DNA of 26,424 nucleotides from Myxococcales bacterium. Lineage in GTDB: Bacteria; Myxococcota; Myxococcia; Myxococcales; Anaeromyxobacteraceae. The stretch's first letter is position 1; each line of letters starts with the position of its first letter. The stretch covers positions 1 through 26,424 of the forward strand of contig JBBQEB010000038.1 in assembly GCA_038320275.1 (NCBI GenBank), given 5' to 3'. Shown in pieces: positions 8,675 through 17,252 of the stretch. The notes below the pieces were generated by a model. The model did no database searches. It had not been told where the DNA came from and saw nothing but the letters and a program-made list of their open reading frames with translations. A program made the position numbers and the translations under genes.

Positions 8675-9698
8675 CTCGGCCGCGATCGTGGGGGCGAGCG
8701 GCTACTCGGGCCTCGAGCTCACCCGGGCGCTGGCCCGCCATCCGCGGCTGCGCCTCGTCGCGCTGGCGTCGGATCGGTGGGCCGGCGAGCTGGCCGGGGG
8801 ACGCCTTCCCCTCCCCGCCGCGGCGGGCGCGCTGCGGTACGCGCCCCTCTCGACGGCGCTCGACACCGGCGCGGAGGTGGTCTTCCTCGCCACGCCGGCC
8901 GAGGTGTCGCACGACCTCGTCCCCAAGCTCCTCCAGCGCGGCTCGCGCGTGGTCGATCTCTCGGGGGCCTTCCGGCTGGAGGATCCGGAGCTGTATCCAG
9001 CCTGGTACGGCTTTCGGCATGCCGCGCCGGAGCTCCTCGCCGAGGCGCGCTACGGCCTCCCGGAGCTCGCTCGCGCCTCGCTCGCCGGTGCGCGGCTGGT
9101 GGCAAACCCGGGTTGCTACGCCACCGCGATCGCGATGGCGGTCGCGCCCCTGCTCCGCGCCGGCGTCGCGCTCCGCGAAGGCATCGCCGTGGCGGCCTGC
9201 AGCGGCGTCTCGGGCGCCGGGCGCAAGGCGAGCGAGGAGTACGGCTTCTGCGAGGTCGACGAGGACCTGCGCGCCTACCGGGTGGGCAAGCACCAGCACG
9301 TCCCCGAGATCGAGCAGACGGTGGCGCGTTTTGCCGGGGCCTGCCCGCCCATCTCCTTCACCCCTCATCTCGTGCCCATCCGGCGCGGGATCCTCGCCAC
9401 CTGCGTGCTGCGGCTCGCGCCCGGAGCGACGCCGGAGAGCGTGGCAGCCGCGCTGACGGATGCTTACGGGAACGAACCGTTCGTGCGCGTCCTCCCGCCC
9501 GACCGCGTGTCGGTGAAGGACGTCGCCCGCACGAACCGGGTGCACCTGGGAGCGGCGGTGGACGCGCGCGCCGGCGCCATCGTGGCGGTGTCCGCCATCG
9601 ACAATCTGGTGAAGGGCGCCGCTGGCCAGGCGGTGCAGGCCTGCAACGCGGCGCTCGGGCTCGACGAGGGGCTCGGCCTCGATCTCCACGGAGGGTGA
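8664..9698 (+). CDS. argC: N-acetyl-gamma-glutamyl-phosphate reductase
   Basis: IVGASGYSG, VVDLSGAFRL, YGLPE, VANPGCY, SGVSGAG, HQHVPEI, IDNLVKGAAGQAVQ. Confidence 0.96.
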   Translation: MHEYSAAIVGASGYSGLELTRALARHPRLRLVALASDRWAGELAGGRLPLPAAAGALRYAPLSTALDTGAEVVFLATPAEVSHDLVPKLLQRGSRVVDLSGAFRLEDPELYPAWYGFRHAAPELLAEARYGLPELARASLAGARLVANPGCYATAIAMAVAPLLRAGVALREGIAVAACSGVSGAGRKASEEYGFCEVDEDLRAYRVGKHQHVPEIEQTVARFAGACPPISFTPHLVPIRRGILATCVLRLAPGATPESVAAALTDAYGNEPFVRVLPPDRVSVKDVARTNRVHLGAAVDARAGAIVAVSAIDNLVKGAAGQAVQACNAALGLDEGLGLDLHGG

Positions 9699-9699
9699 T

Positions 9700-11811
9700 G
9701 TGCGCATTCCCAAGGGCTTCAGGTTCGGGGGCGTCGCCTGCGGGCTCAAGCCCCGCCGTCGCGACCTCGCGCTCGTCGTGTCGGACGTTCCCGCCGCCGC
9801 AGCGGGCGTGTTCACGAAGAACCGCGCGGCGGCCGCCCCGGTGCAGGACGCGCGGCCGCGCGTGCCGGCGGAGGGCATGCGGGCGGTGCTGGTGAACTCG
9901 GGCAACGCCAACGCGCTCACCGGCCCGGCCGGCCTGGAGGACGTCGCGGTGCTGCGCGCCGGGGTGGCCCAGGCGCTCGGGATCCAGAAGCGGGCGGTGC
10001 TGACCGCGTCCACGGGCGTCATCGGCCAGCCTCTCCCCACCGCCAAGATGCTGGCCGCCCTGCCCGCCCTGGCGGACGCGCTGGGTGACCACGTGGAGCT
10101 GGCCGCCGAGGCCATCATGACCACCGACACCCGCCCCAAGACCACCGCCCGCGAGGTGGTGCTGGGAGGGAAGGCGGCGACGCTCACCGCCATCTGCAAG
10201 GGCTCGGGGATGATCGCCCCGCTGCTCGCCACCGTCCTGTGCGTGGTGGCGACCGACGCCGCCGTGTCGCCGAGGGTGCTGCAGGATGCGCTGGGGCGCG
10301 CGGTGGCCCGGACCTTCAACATGGTGAGCGTCGATGGCGAGACCAGCACCAACGACTGCGTGCTGGTGCTCGCGAACGGCCTCGCCGGGAATGCCCGAAT
10401 CTCCGAGCCGGGGCCCGACCTCGACACGCTGGAGAACGCGCTGGAGGACCTCTGCGGGGAGCTCGCCCGGGCGATCGCCGCCGATGGCGAGGGGGCGACC
10501 AAGATGCTGGAGGTGGTGGTGAGCGGCGCGCCTTCCGACGAGGCGGCGCGCGATTGCGCCACCGCCATCGTGGGCTCGCCGCTCGTGAAGGCAGCCGTCT
10601 TCGGCGCCGATCCGAACTGGGGGCGGGTGCTCGCGACGGTGGGTGCGCGCGCCGGGGCGCGGGGCTGGCCCATCGACCCTTTCCGCGCCCGGGTGGCCAT
10701 GCAGGGCGTGACCGTCTTCTGCGACGGCGCGCCGGTGGACGTCGACCGCGAGGCGCTGCGGGCCCGCATGCGCGAGACGCGGGTGGACGTGCGGGTGGAG
10801 CTCGCCGACGGCGAGGCGCGCGCGACCGCCTGGGGCTGCGACCTCTCCTACGACTACGTGAAGATCAATGCCGACTACGCCTCGATGATCGTGCAGGGAC
10901 GGGACGGCATGCTGTCGAAGGACGACCGCGTCGCGAATTACAGTCCGGCGTTCAAGCGAACGCTGCTGGTCGAGGCGCTGAAGTACATCGCCGCCTTCTC
11001 CGGGCAGGTGGCCGTCATCAAGTACGGCGGCGCGGCGATGGTGAAGGAGAGCCTCAAGGAGGCGTTCGCGGAAGACGTGGCGCTCCTCAAGCGGGTGGGG
11101 CTGAAGCCGGTGGTCGTGCACGGCGGGGCGCTCGAGATCACCCAGACGCTGGAGCGCCTGGGCGAGCGCAGCGAGTTCGTGGACGGGCTGCGGGTCACGA
11201 GCGCCGCCTCCCTGCCGGTGGTGGAGATGGTGCTCACCGGCAAGGTGAACCAGGAGCTGGTGGCGCTCCTCAACGCCCGCGATGCGGGAGCGGTGGGGCT
11301 CTCCGGCAAGGACGGACGGCTCCTCCAGGCGCGGCGCCTCGTGCACGAGAGCGGCGTCGACCTGGGACACGTGGGCGAGGTGGAGAAGGTGAACGTGGAG
11401 TTCCTGCGCCTCCTCCTCGACAAGGACTACGTCCCGGTGCTCTCGCCCATCGGGCTCTCCGCGGAAGGAAAGAGCCTCAGCATCAATGCCGACGACGTGG
11501 CGGCGCACGTGGCGATGGCGCTCGGGGCGCCCAAGCTCATCTACCTCACCGACGTCCCTGGGCTGCTGGAGTCTTCTCCCGACGGCGCGCTCCTCCGCCA
11601 GGTGACCGCCCCCGAGCTGCGCCGCAGGGTGGAGGCGGGCTCCATCACCGGCGGCATGAAGTACAAGGCCCAGTCCATCCTGAAGGCGCTCGCCGGTGGG
11701 GTCGAGCGCGTGCACATCCTCGACGGCCGCCAGCCGCACACCGTCATCGCCGAGCTCTTCACCGACAGCGGCGTGGGAACCCTGGTGACCGTCGAGCCGG
11801 TGCGGCCATGA
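9700..11811 (+). CDS. argJ: Fusion of ornithine acetyltransferase ArgJ (N-terminal ~395 aa) and acetylglutamate kinase ArgB (C-terminal ~300 aa)
   Basis: ArgJ motifs NSGNANA, STGVIG, IMTTDT, KGSGMI..LAT, DGETSTND, DGEGATK, DPNWGR, WGCDLSYDYVKINADY continue in frame into NAGK motifs EALKYI, VIKYGGAAM, VHGG, FVDGLRVT, INADD, GGM, ELFTDSGVGT. Confidence 0.93.
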   Translation: MRIPKGFRFGGVACGLKPRRRDLALVVSDVPAAAAGVFTKNRAAAAPVQDARPRVPAEGMRAVLVNSGNANALTGPAGLEDVAVLRAGVAQALGIQKRAVLTASTGVIGQPLPTAKMLAALPALADALGDHVELAAEAIMTTDTRPKTTAREVVLGGKAATLTAICKGSGMIAPLLATVLCVVATDAAVSPRVLQDALGRAVARTFNMVSVDGETSTNDCVLVLANGLAGNARISEPGPDLDTLENALEDLCGELARAIAADGEGATKMLEVVVSGAPSDEAARDCATAIVGSPLVKAAVFGADPNWGRVLATVGARAGARGWPIDPFRARVAMQGVTVFCDGAPVDVDREALRARMRETRVDVRVELADGEARATAWGCDLSYDYVKINADYASMIVQGRDGMLSKDDRVANYSPAFKRTLLVEALKYIAAFSGQVAVIKYGGAAMVKESLKEAFAEDVALLKRVGLKPVVVHGGALEITQTLERLGERSEFVDGLRVTSAASLPVVEMVLTGKVNQELVALLNARDAGAVGLSGKDGRLLQARRLVHESGVDLGHVGEVEKVNVEFLRLLLDKDYVPVLSPIGLSAEGKSLSINADDVAAHVAMALGAPKLIYLTDVPGLLESSPDGALLRQVTAPELRRRVEAGSITGGMKYKAQSILKALAGGVERVHILDGRQPHTVIAELFTDSGVGTLVTVEPVRP

Positions 11812-12269
11812 GGCTCGCGGCGCCGCGCAGCCCCGACCGCCGCAGGGACGCACTGGCCCGCCTGCTGAGCGAGGGCGGCGCCGGGACGCAGGAGGAGCTC
11901 CTCGTCCGGCTGCGGAAGCTGGGCTTCCCGGCCACCCAGGCCACCCTCTCGCGCGACCTCGCCCACCTCGGCGCGCGGCGCTCGACCTCGCCGCAGGGCG
12001 GCGTGCGCTACGGACTGGGTCCGGAGGACCGCCGCGACGGGGTCGAGGCGGTGCGCCGCGTCGTCTCCGCCGTGAGCTCGAACGGCGCGCTGGTGGTGGT
12101 GCGAACGCAGCCGGGCAGCGCCCCCGCCGTCGCCCGCGCCATCGACCTGGCCGGCTTCGACGACGTGCTCGGGACCATTGCCGGGGACGACACCATCTTC
12201 GTCGCGCCGGCCCGGGAGCGGCGGACGCGGGCGCTGGCGGCGCGGGTGAAGGAGCTGTTCGGGGTGTGA
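11808..12269 (+). CDS. argR: Arginine repressor
   Basis: ATG 11808 overlaps the argJ-argB stop. TQEEL...ATQATLSRDL wHTH and VVRTQPGSA...GTIAGDDTIFV arginine-binding domain. Confidence 0.95.
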   Translation: MRLAAPRSPDRRRDALARLLSEGGAGTQEELLVRLRKLGFPATQATLSRDLAHLGARRSTSPQGGVRYGLGPEDRRDGVEAVRRVVSAVSSNGALVVVRTQPGSAPAVARAIDLAGFDDVLGTIAGDDTIFVAPARERRTRALAARVKELFGV

Positions 12270-12345
12270 GGGCGACTGCGAGGGCGGCCTCGGGGGCGAC
12301 CTCGACTGCCGACTGCGACCGCGACCGCTATTTGTGACCGCCGCT
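12270..12345. repeat. Degenerate CGAC(C/T)N hexamer-type tandem repeats between convergent genes
   Basis: GGGCGACTGCGA...GGCGACCTCGACTGCCGACTGCGACCGCGACCGC. Confidence 0.5.
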
Positions 12346-12369
12346 GCGGGCGCCCGTTTCCCCCTTCGA

Positions 12370-13608
12370 CTACGGCCTCGCGCGCATTGGCGCCTGCGCG
12401 GAGGACTCGCCCGCCACCCTCGCCCACTCCGAGCGGGAGCGATCGACGCAGTCCTCGATCGACAGCCCCGCGAACCAGTTGCCGGTGACGGAGAGCTTCG
12501 TGCCGGCGAGGAGCCGGTCGACCTCGCGCACCACCTCCTCGTGGCCCAGCACGGGCGAGGGGAGCACCGTCCGGCGCTCGGCGACGTCCTCCAGGTCGAC
12601 CGGCTGGAGCCGCAGGAGACCCAGCGCGCGTGCGAGCCTCGCCTCCCTGGAGGTGCCGGGCTTGAAGTGGAAGGCGAAGGCGCGCCAGCCGGCGTCGGGC
12701 ACCGCGTCCCGCGTCACCACCGAGTGAAAGATGTCGTCGCGCGGGATGAGGAAGGTGGACGGCGGAACCCAGCTCACCTTGCCGGCGCGCACGGCGAAGC
12801 CGAGCGTGTCGACGGTGGCCTCCTTCACCCGCGCCACCTGGGCGGCGAGCTCGGGGGCGAGGTCGCGCAGCAGGGCCGCGGCCGCAGCGGGCGGCGTGGC
12901 GATCGCCATCATCGACGCGGCGTGCCGCTCCCCGCCCTCCGTGACCACGGCGAAGCCGTCCGGCGTGCGCTCCACCCGGGCGGCTCCCTCGCCGGCACGC
13001 ACGGTGATGCCCGGCTGGCGGGCGATGCCCTCCGCGATGCGCTGCAGCCCACCCTGCACGGTGAAGCTGCGGGGCAGGTCCTTCCGGCGCAGTTCGCGCT
13101 TCTTGAAGAGCATCGAGGCAGGAAAGGCGTCGGCGCTCTGCGAGGGAACCGCCGAGAGCATGGGGCCCAGCACCGCGCCGTAGTTCTTCCGGCCGACGAT
13201 GCGCGCGTAATAGGAGTAGACGGTCTCGCCCTCCTTGCGCGCGCCGAACGCGCGCGGGAGCGCGGCGAGAAGCTCGCCCCAGCGCAGGAGCCGCAGCAGC
13301 GCGCCCATGTTCGAGCCTGGCACCAGCGCGTCTCCGTCGAGGAAGCGCAGGTGCGTCTTTGCCCTCGGCAGGATCGCGTCCCGCATGCCGCAGGCCTCCA
13401 GCGCCGCCGCCAGGCCCACGTAGGAGTTGTAGCAGGTGTGCGCACCGAGCTCGAACCAGGGGCCCGCGCCCTGGTGCGTGGCGAGGCAGCCGCCCACCTC
13501 GGGTGCGCGCTCCAGGACGAGGGTGCTCCGACCAGCGCGCGCGCTCTCCAGGGCGAAGGTGAGGCCGCTGATGCCGGCACCGATGACCACCACGTCGTGC
13601 GAGCTCAT
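12370..13608 (-). CDS. FAD-dependent oxidoreductase, protoporphyrinogen oxidase (HemY)-like
   Basis: Start at ATG 13608. VVVIGAGISGL...VLERAPEVGG...ELGAH dinucleotide-binding fold, GGLQRIAE, C-terminal GNWFAGLSIEDCV. Confidence 0.75.
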   Translation of the reverse strand: MSSHDVVVIGAGISGLTFALESARAGRSTLVLERAPEVGGCLATHQGAGPWFELGAHTCYNSYVGLAAALEACGMRDAILPRAKTHLRFLDGDALVPGSNMGALLRLLRWGELLAALPRAFGARKEGETVYSYYARIVGRKNYGAVLGPMLSAVPSQSADAFPASMLFKKRELRRKDLPRSFTVQGGLQRIAEGIARQPGITVRAGEGAARVERTPDGFAVVTEGGERHAASMMAIATPPAAAAALLRDLAPELAAQVARVKEATVDTLGFAVRAGKVSWVPPSTFLIPRDDIFHSVVTRDAVPDAGWRAFAFHFKPGTSREARLARALGLLRLQPVDLEDVAERRTVLPSPVLGHEEVVREVDRLLAGTKLSVTGNWFAGLSIEDCVDRSRSEWARVAGESSAQAPMRARP

Positions 13609-13718
13609 GGCCGCGGACCCTCGCACGACGCGGCGCGGCGCGCCAGCGGCAGGGGACGGTCGCTTCCGGCGGCGCGCTGGAGATTTGCCGTCCACCGCCG
13701 CGCCGCTATGTCTGCGCC

Positions 13719-14609
13719 ATGCGCATGCAGATCGGCTTTCTCGGGCTCGGCACGATGGGCGCTCCTCTCGCCAACAACCTCCGCAAGGCGGGTCATGAGA
13801 TCTCCGTCTGGAACAGGACGCGGGAGCGGTGCGAGGCGCTGGCCGCGAAGGGCGCGAAGGTGGCGCCGACCCCACGCGATTGCGCCGCCGGGAAGGACCT
13901 CGTCTTCACGTGCCTGGCCGACGAGGCTGCGCTGGAGGCGGTGCTGTCGGGTCCGGACGGCGTGCTGGAAGGCCTGTCGGCGGGGAGCGTGCTCGTCGAC
14001 ACCTCCACCTCCGGCCTGGCCGAGACCCGCGCCATGGAGACGCGCGTCCGCCAGCGAGGCGGCAACCTGGTGGCGGCGCCGCTGCTCGGCTCGAAGCCCG
14101 CCGCCGAGAAGGCGCAGGTGATCATCGTCGCGGGAGGCCCGGCCGGTGCGCTGGAGCGGGCGCGCCCGGCGCTGCACGCCATCTGCGCGCGGCTCATCGA
14201 GCTCGACACGGCGGAGCACGCGGCCCTCATGAAGTTGGTGGTGAACGCCGTGGGCGGCGCCATGATCACCGGCTTCGCCGAGGCGCTGGCGCTCGGCGCC
14301 TCCGGCGGGCTCGAGATCGCGCAGATGGTCGAGACGGTGCAGGCCTCCGGCTTTCACTCGCCGTTCTTCCTCATGAAGGGCGAGCAGATCGTGAAGGGGG
14401 ATTACGCGCCGCGCTTCGCCGTCCGGCTCGCCGAGAAGGACCAGCGCCTGGCCCAGGAGGCGGCCGCCGAGTGCGGCGCGCGCCTTCCGGTCAACGCGGC
14501 CGTGCGCCGCCTCCTCCAGGACACCATCGAGAGCGGGCGCGGGGACAAGGATCTGTGCGCGGTGGCCGACCTCGTGCTGGAGTGGGCCCGCGTGAAGCGA
14601 AGCTCGTGA
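13719..14609 (+). CDS. NAD(P)-dependent beta-hydroxyacid dehydrogenase (3-hydroxyisobutyrate / 6-phosphogluconate dehydrogenase family)
   Basis: IGFLGLGTMGAPLA, VWNRT, VDTSTS, APLLGS, MKLVVN (catalytic Lys), FAVRLAEKD. Confidence 0.9.
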   Translation: MRMQIGFLGLGTMGAPLANNLRKAGHEISVWNRTRERCEALAAKGAKVAPTPRDCAAGKDLVFTCLADEAALEAVLSGPDGVLEGLSAGSVLVDTSTSGLAETRAMETRVRQRGGNLVAAPLLGSKPAAEKAQVIIVAGGPAGALERARPALHAICARLIELDTAEHAALMKLVVNAVGGAMITGFAEALALGASGGLEIAQMVETVQASGFHSPFFLMKGEQIVKGDYAPRFAVRLAEKDQRLAQEAAAECGARLPVNAAVRRLLQDTIESGRGDKDLCAVADLVLEWARVKRSS

Positions 14610-14619
14610 GAGGCCGGCG

Positions 14620-14985
14620 CTAGGCCAGCACGGCCTTCACCAGCCGCGAGAGCTCGTCGAGCTGGAAGGGCTTCTTCACGTACCCCGCCGGAATCAGCGA
14701 GGCGCCCGCCTTGGCGCGCACCTCGTCGGCCGGCGTGGCCGATACGAACAGGACCTTGGGGCAGCGGTCGCCGAGGGCGCTCCGCAACTCCCCGAAGAGC
14801 GTGACGCCATCCATCCCCGGCATCCGGAAGTCGAGCAGGGCGAGGTCCGGCGGCCGGGCGACGGCCATCTCGAGCGCGAGCATGCCGTCCGAGGCGCTCT
14901 CCGCCTCGTGGCCCATCTTCCTCACCGCAAGCTCGAGCGCCTTCCGCACGATGTCTGTGTCGTCCACGATGAGCACGCGCGCCAT
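14620..14985 (-). CDS. Single-domain (CheY-like) response regulator
   Basis: VLIVDD, LLDFRMPGMDG (phospho-Asp), FVSA, YVKKPF; 121 aa. Confidence 0.93.
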   Translation of the reverse strand: MARVLIVDDTDIVRKALELAVRKMGHEAESASDGMLALEMAVARPPDLALLDFRMPGMDGVTLFGELRSALGDRCPKVLFVSATPADEVRAKAGASLIPAGYVKKPFQLDELSRLVKAVLA

Positions 14986-15015
14986 GGTGTGTCCCGCCCT
15001 TCGTCCTCCCCCCTA

Positions 15016-15031
15016 TGCGTGCCGCGTGCCG
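15016..15031 (-). promoter_or_regulatory. Sigma54-like promoter upstream of response regulator
   Basis: Minus strand CGGCACGCGGCACGCA has GG and GC at the correct -24/-12 spacing. Confidence 0.4.
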
Positions 15032-15130
15032 GAAGGGGAGCGCGAGCGTGTCGAGGCTTTTCGCGGGCCGCCCGGCGGGTGGATGGCACCCGGGGTGCCG
15101 CGCTCTCGCCCCGCCTCCCACGTTCGAGCG

Positions 15131-16201
15131 TCACCCGTCGTAGCGGGCTAGGGCGCGCCGCACCGCCTCGGCGAAGTGGCGCCGCGCGGAGGGCGGCGCC
15201 ACAACCTCCGCCTCTCCACCCAGCGAGAGCGCGAAGCGGGTGGCCCAGTCCTCGCCCGCCGCCGCCATCTCCACCACCGCGCTGCCGTCCTCCTCGCGCT
15301 CCATCAGCTTCACGCCAGGCCGGGAGAGCGCCCAGGCCGCCGCGCGAGGGCCGAGGCGCAGGCGCACCGGCTCGCCCTGGGCGTCGGAGAAGAGGCGCTC
15401 CTTGGCGAGGTGCTCCGGTGTGGGTGGCGTGAAGTGCTCCTCCCCCAGCTCGCAGGAGCGGATCCGGTCGAGGCGAAAGGGGAGCGGCCGGGCCCGCGAA
15501 AGGTCGAAGCCGTAGAGGTACCAGTGGCCGAGCCGCTGCGCGAGCGTCCAGGGCTGCACCGTGCGATCGCCCTCCGCGCCGCGCGTTTCCGAGTAGTACC
15601 GGAGCCGCACCTCGCGGTGCTCGGCGATGGCCCGCTGCAGCCTGCCCAGCACGGAGCGGGGCGCGGCAGGGGAGCCCGCGTAGATGCGCCCCACCAGCTC
15701 GTCGAAGCTGGGGCGCCGGTCGCGCGGGACAGACTCGCGCAGCGCCGCCAGGGCGCGCGACGTGCCGTCTCCGCCCAGCGCCTGGGCCGCCGCGGCCAGC
15801 GCCGCTGCCTCGCTCTCGGTGAAGCGGGGCGGGCGGGAGAAGCTCTGGTGGAGCGCGACGTGCACGCGGTCGCCCTCGACGTACAGGTCGAGGAAGTCGT
15901 CCGGAGCGAAGGGCGGGCAGCCCACGCACAGCAGGAAGTCGAGGTCGTCGAGGAGCTCCTTTTCGGAGATGCCGCACTTCGCCGCGAGGTCCTTCACGGC
16001 GATGCCCGGGTGACGGACGGCATACGGGACGAGGAAGAGCACGCGGCGGAGCCGGTCCCGGGCGTCTCCCTTGGCGCCCCCGGCCTGCTCCGTTGCCGGT
16101 GCGTTCGGCGGCCCGGTCACCGCGCCGGGGCTCTTCCGGCGGCGCGCGGTGTTGGGTGGGCCCGGCTTGGGGGCTGGCGGGCGCCGCTTCCCGCCGCTCA
16201 C
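15131..16201 (-). CDS. HTH-WYL-WCX transcriptional regulator, PafC-like
   Basis: GTG 16201 overlaps the upstream stop (GTGA). RLRRVLFLVPYAVRHPG...DLDFLLCVGCPPFAPDDFLDL...RPPRFTESEA, and WYL core RTVQPW...GHWYLYGFD...PFRLDRI. Confidence 0.88.
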   Translation of the reverse strand: MSGGKRRPPAPKPGPPNTARRRKSPGAVTGPPNAPATEQAGGAKGDARDRLRRVLFLVPYAVRHPGIAVKDLAAKCGISEKELLDDLDFLLCVGCPPFAPDDFLDLYVEGDRVHVALHQSFSRPPRFTESEAAALAAAAQALGGDGTSRALAALRESVPRDRRPSFDELVGRIYAGSPAAPRSVLGRLQRAIAEHREVRLRYYSETRGAEGDRTVQPWTLAQRLGHWYLYGFDLSRARPLPFRLDRIRSCELGEEHFTPPTPEHLAKERLFSDAQGEPVRLRLGPRAAAWALSRPGVKLMEREEDGSAVVEMAAAGEDWATRFALSLGGEAEVVAPPSARRHFAEAVRRALARYDG

Positions 16202-17223
16202 GCGCAGCTCCGCGAGAGGTGGGCGAGCACGTCGCGCGCGCGCGCCCGGAGGTCCGCCGGCGCGAGGATCACCGCGCGGTCTCCCATGGAGAGCACGTGC
16301 CGCACGAGCGCCTCGGCGTTGGTGGCCTCGACCTCCACCACCACCGCGCCCTCCTCGTCCCGGAGCGCGGCGCGTGGGCCGAACGACGCCCGCGCCTCGT
16401 AGGAGGCCGGCGGCTCGAGCCGCGCCGTGCACCGCACGGGCGGATGCACCGCGTATTCCCAGGGCTCGCGGGTGGCGAGCTCCCGGAGCGCGAAGTCCTT
16501 CGGCACGGCGAAGTCGGGCGAGCGTGGCGCCGTCCGGTTCACCTCCAGCCGCGCGATGCGCCCGAGGTGAAAGGTGCGCAGGTCGCGCCGGAGGTGGCAG
16601 TGTCCCACCAGGAACCACGCTCCCGTCGCCTGGTAGAGGCCATAGGGGTCCACGTCGCGCTCGGTGCGCTGGCCGCGGTCCGCGCCCTCGTACGAGAGGT
16701 GCACGCGCTTCTTCGCCGCTACCGCGCCGGAGAGCTCCTCGAGGATCCCGGCCATGCCTGGCACGGGCGCGGCGTTGGCGCGCTCGCGCTGGTCACCCTG
16801 GGAGAGCTGGTGCGCGGCCAGGCCGGCCGACTCCGACGTGCCCGCGGCGCGCGCGGCGAAGGAGAGCTTGTTGAGGGCGTGCGCGAGGTCCTTGGCGTAC
16901 GGGAAGGTGCCGTGCGCCAGCGCCGCCGAGCCGGCCAGGTAGAGCAGCGCGAGGTCCTCCGGCGCGAGCTCGAGGTCCGGCAAGTAGAACTCGTCCCGCT
17001 CGATGAGGTAACCGGCCGGGAGATCGTCGTCGCCCGCCTCCCAGCGCACCGGGATCCCGAGCTCCAAAAGCTCGGCCTTGTCCCGTTCGAACTTGCGGAT
17101 GGCAGCGCCGTCGGAGCCCCCGTACTCGCCCGGAAACTGCTCCTGGATCTCTCGCCATGCGACCGGTTCCGCGGAACGGAGGAGGAACGCGGCAAGGTCG
17201 AGGAGGCGCTCCGCCTTCTGCAT
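16198..17223 (-). CDS. HTH-WYL-WCX transcriptional regulator, PafB-like
   Basis: KAERLLDL...RKFERDKAELLELGIP (PafB-type FERDK), and WYL core RDVDPYGL...WFLVGHCHLRRDLRTFHLGRI. Confidence 0.9.
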   Translation of the reverse strand: MQKAERLLDLAAFLLRSAEPVAWREIQEQFPGEYGGSDGAAIRKFERDKAELLELGIPVRWEAGDDDLPAGYLIERDEFYLPDLELAPEDLALLYLAGSAALAHGTFPYAKDLAHALNKLSFAARAAGTSESAGLAAHQLSQGDQRERANAAPVPGMAGILEELSGAVAAKKRVHLSYEGADRGQRTERDVDPYGLYQATGAWFLVGHCHLRRDLRTFHLGRIARLEVNRTAPRSPDFAVPKDFALRELATREPWEYAVHPPVRCTARLEPPASYEARASFGPRAALRDEEGAVVVEVEATNAEALVRHVLSMGDRAVILAPADLRARARDVLAHLSRSCA

Positions 17224-17252
17224 GGGACGGCTGGCGGCGATCCGGAAGAGGG

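Noticed and set aside
10239..12269. 676-aa ORF ending in ArgR
   Set aside because: Only the last 153 aa are ArgR (ATG 11808); the rest overlaps argJ-argB in another frame.
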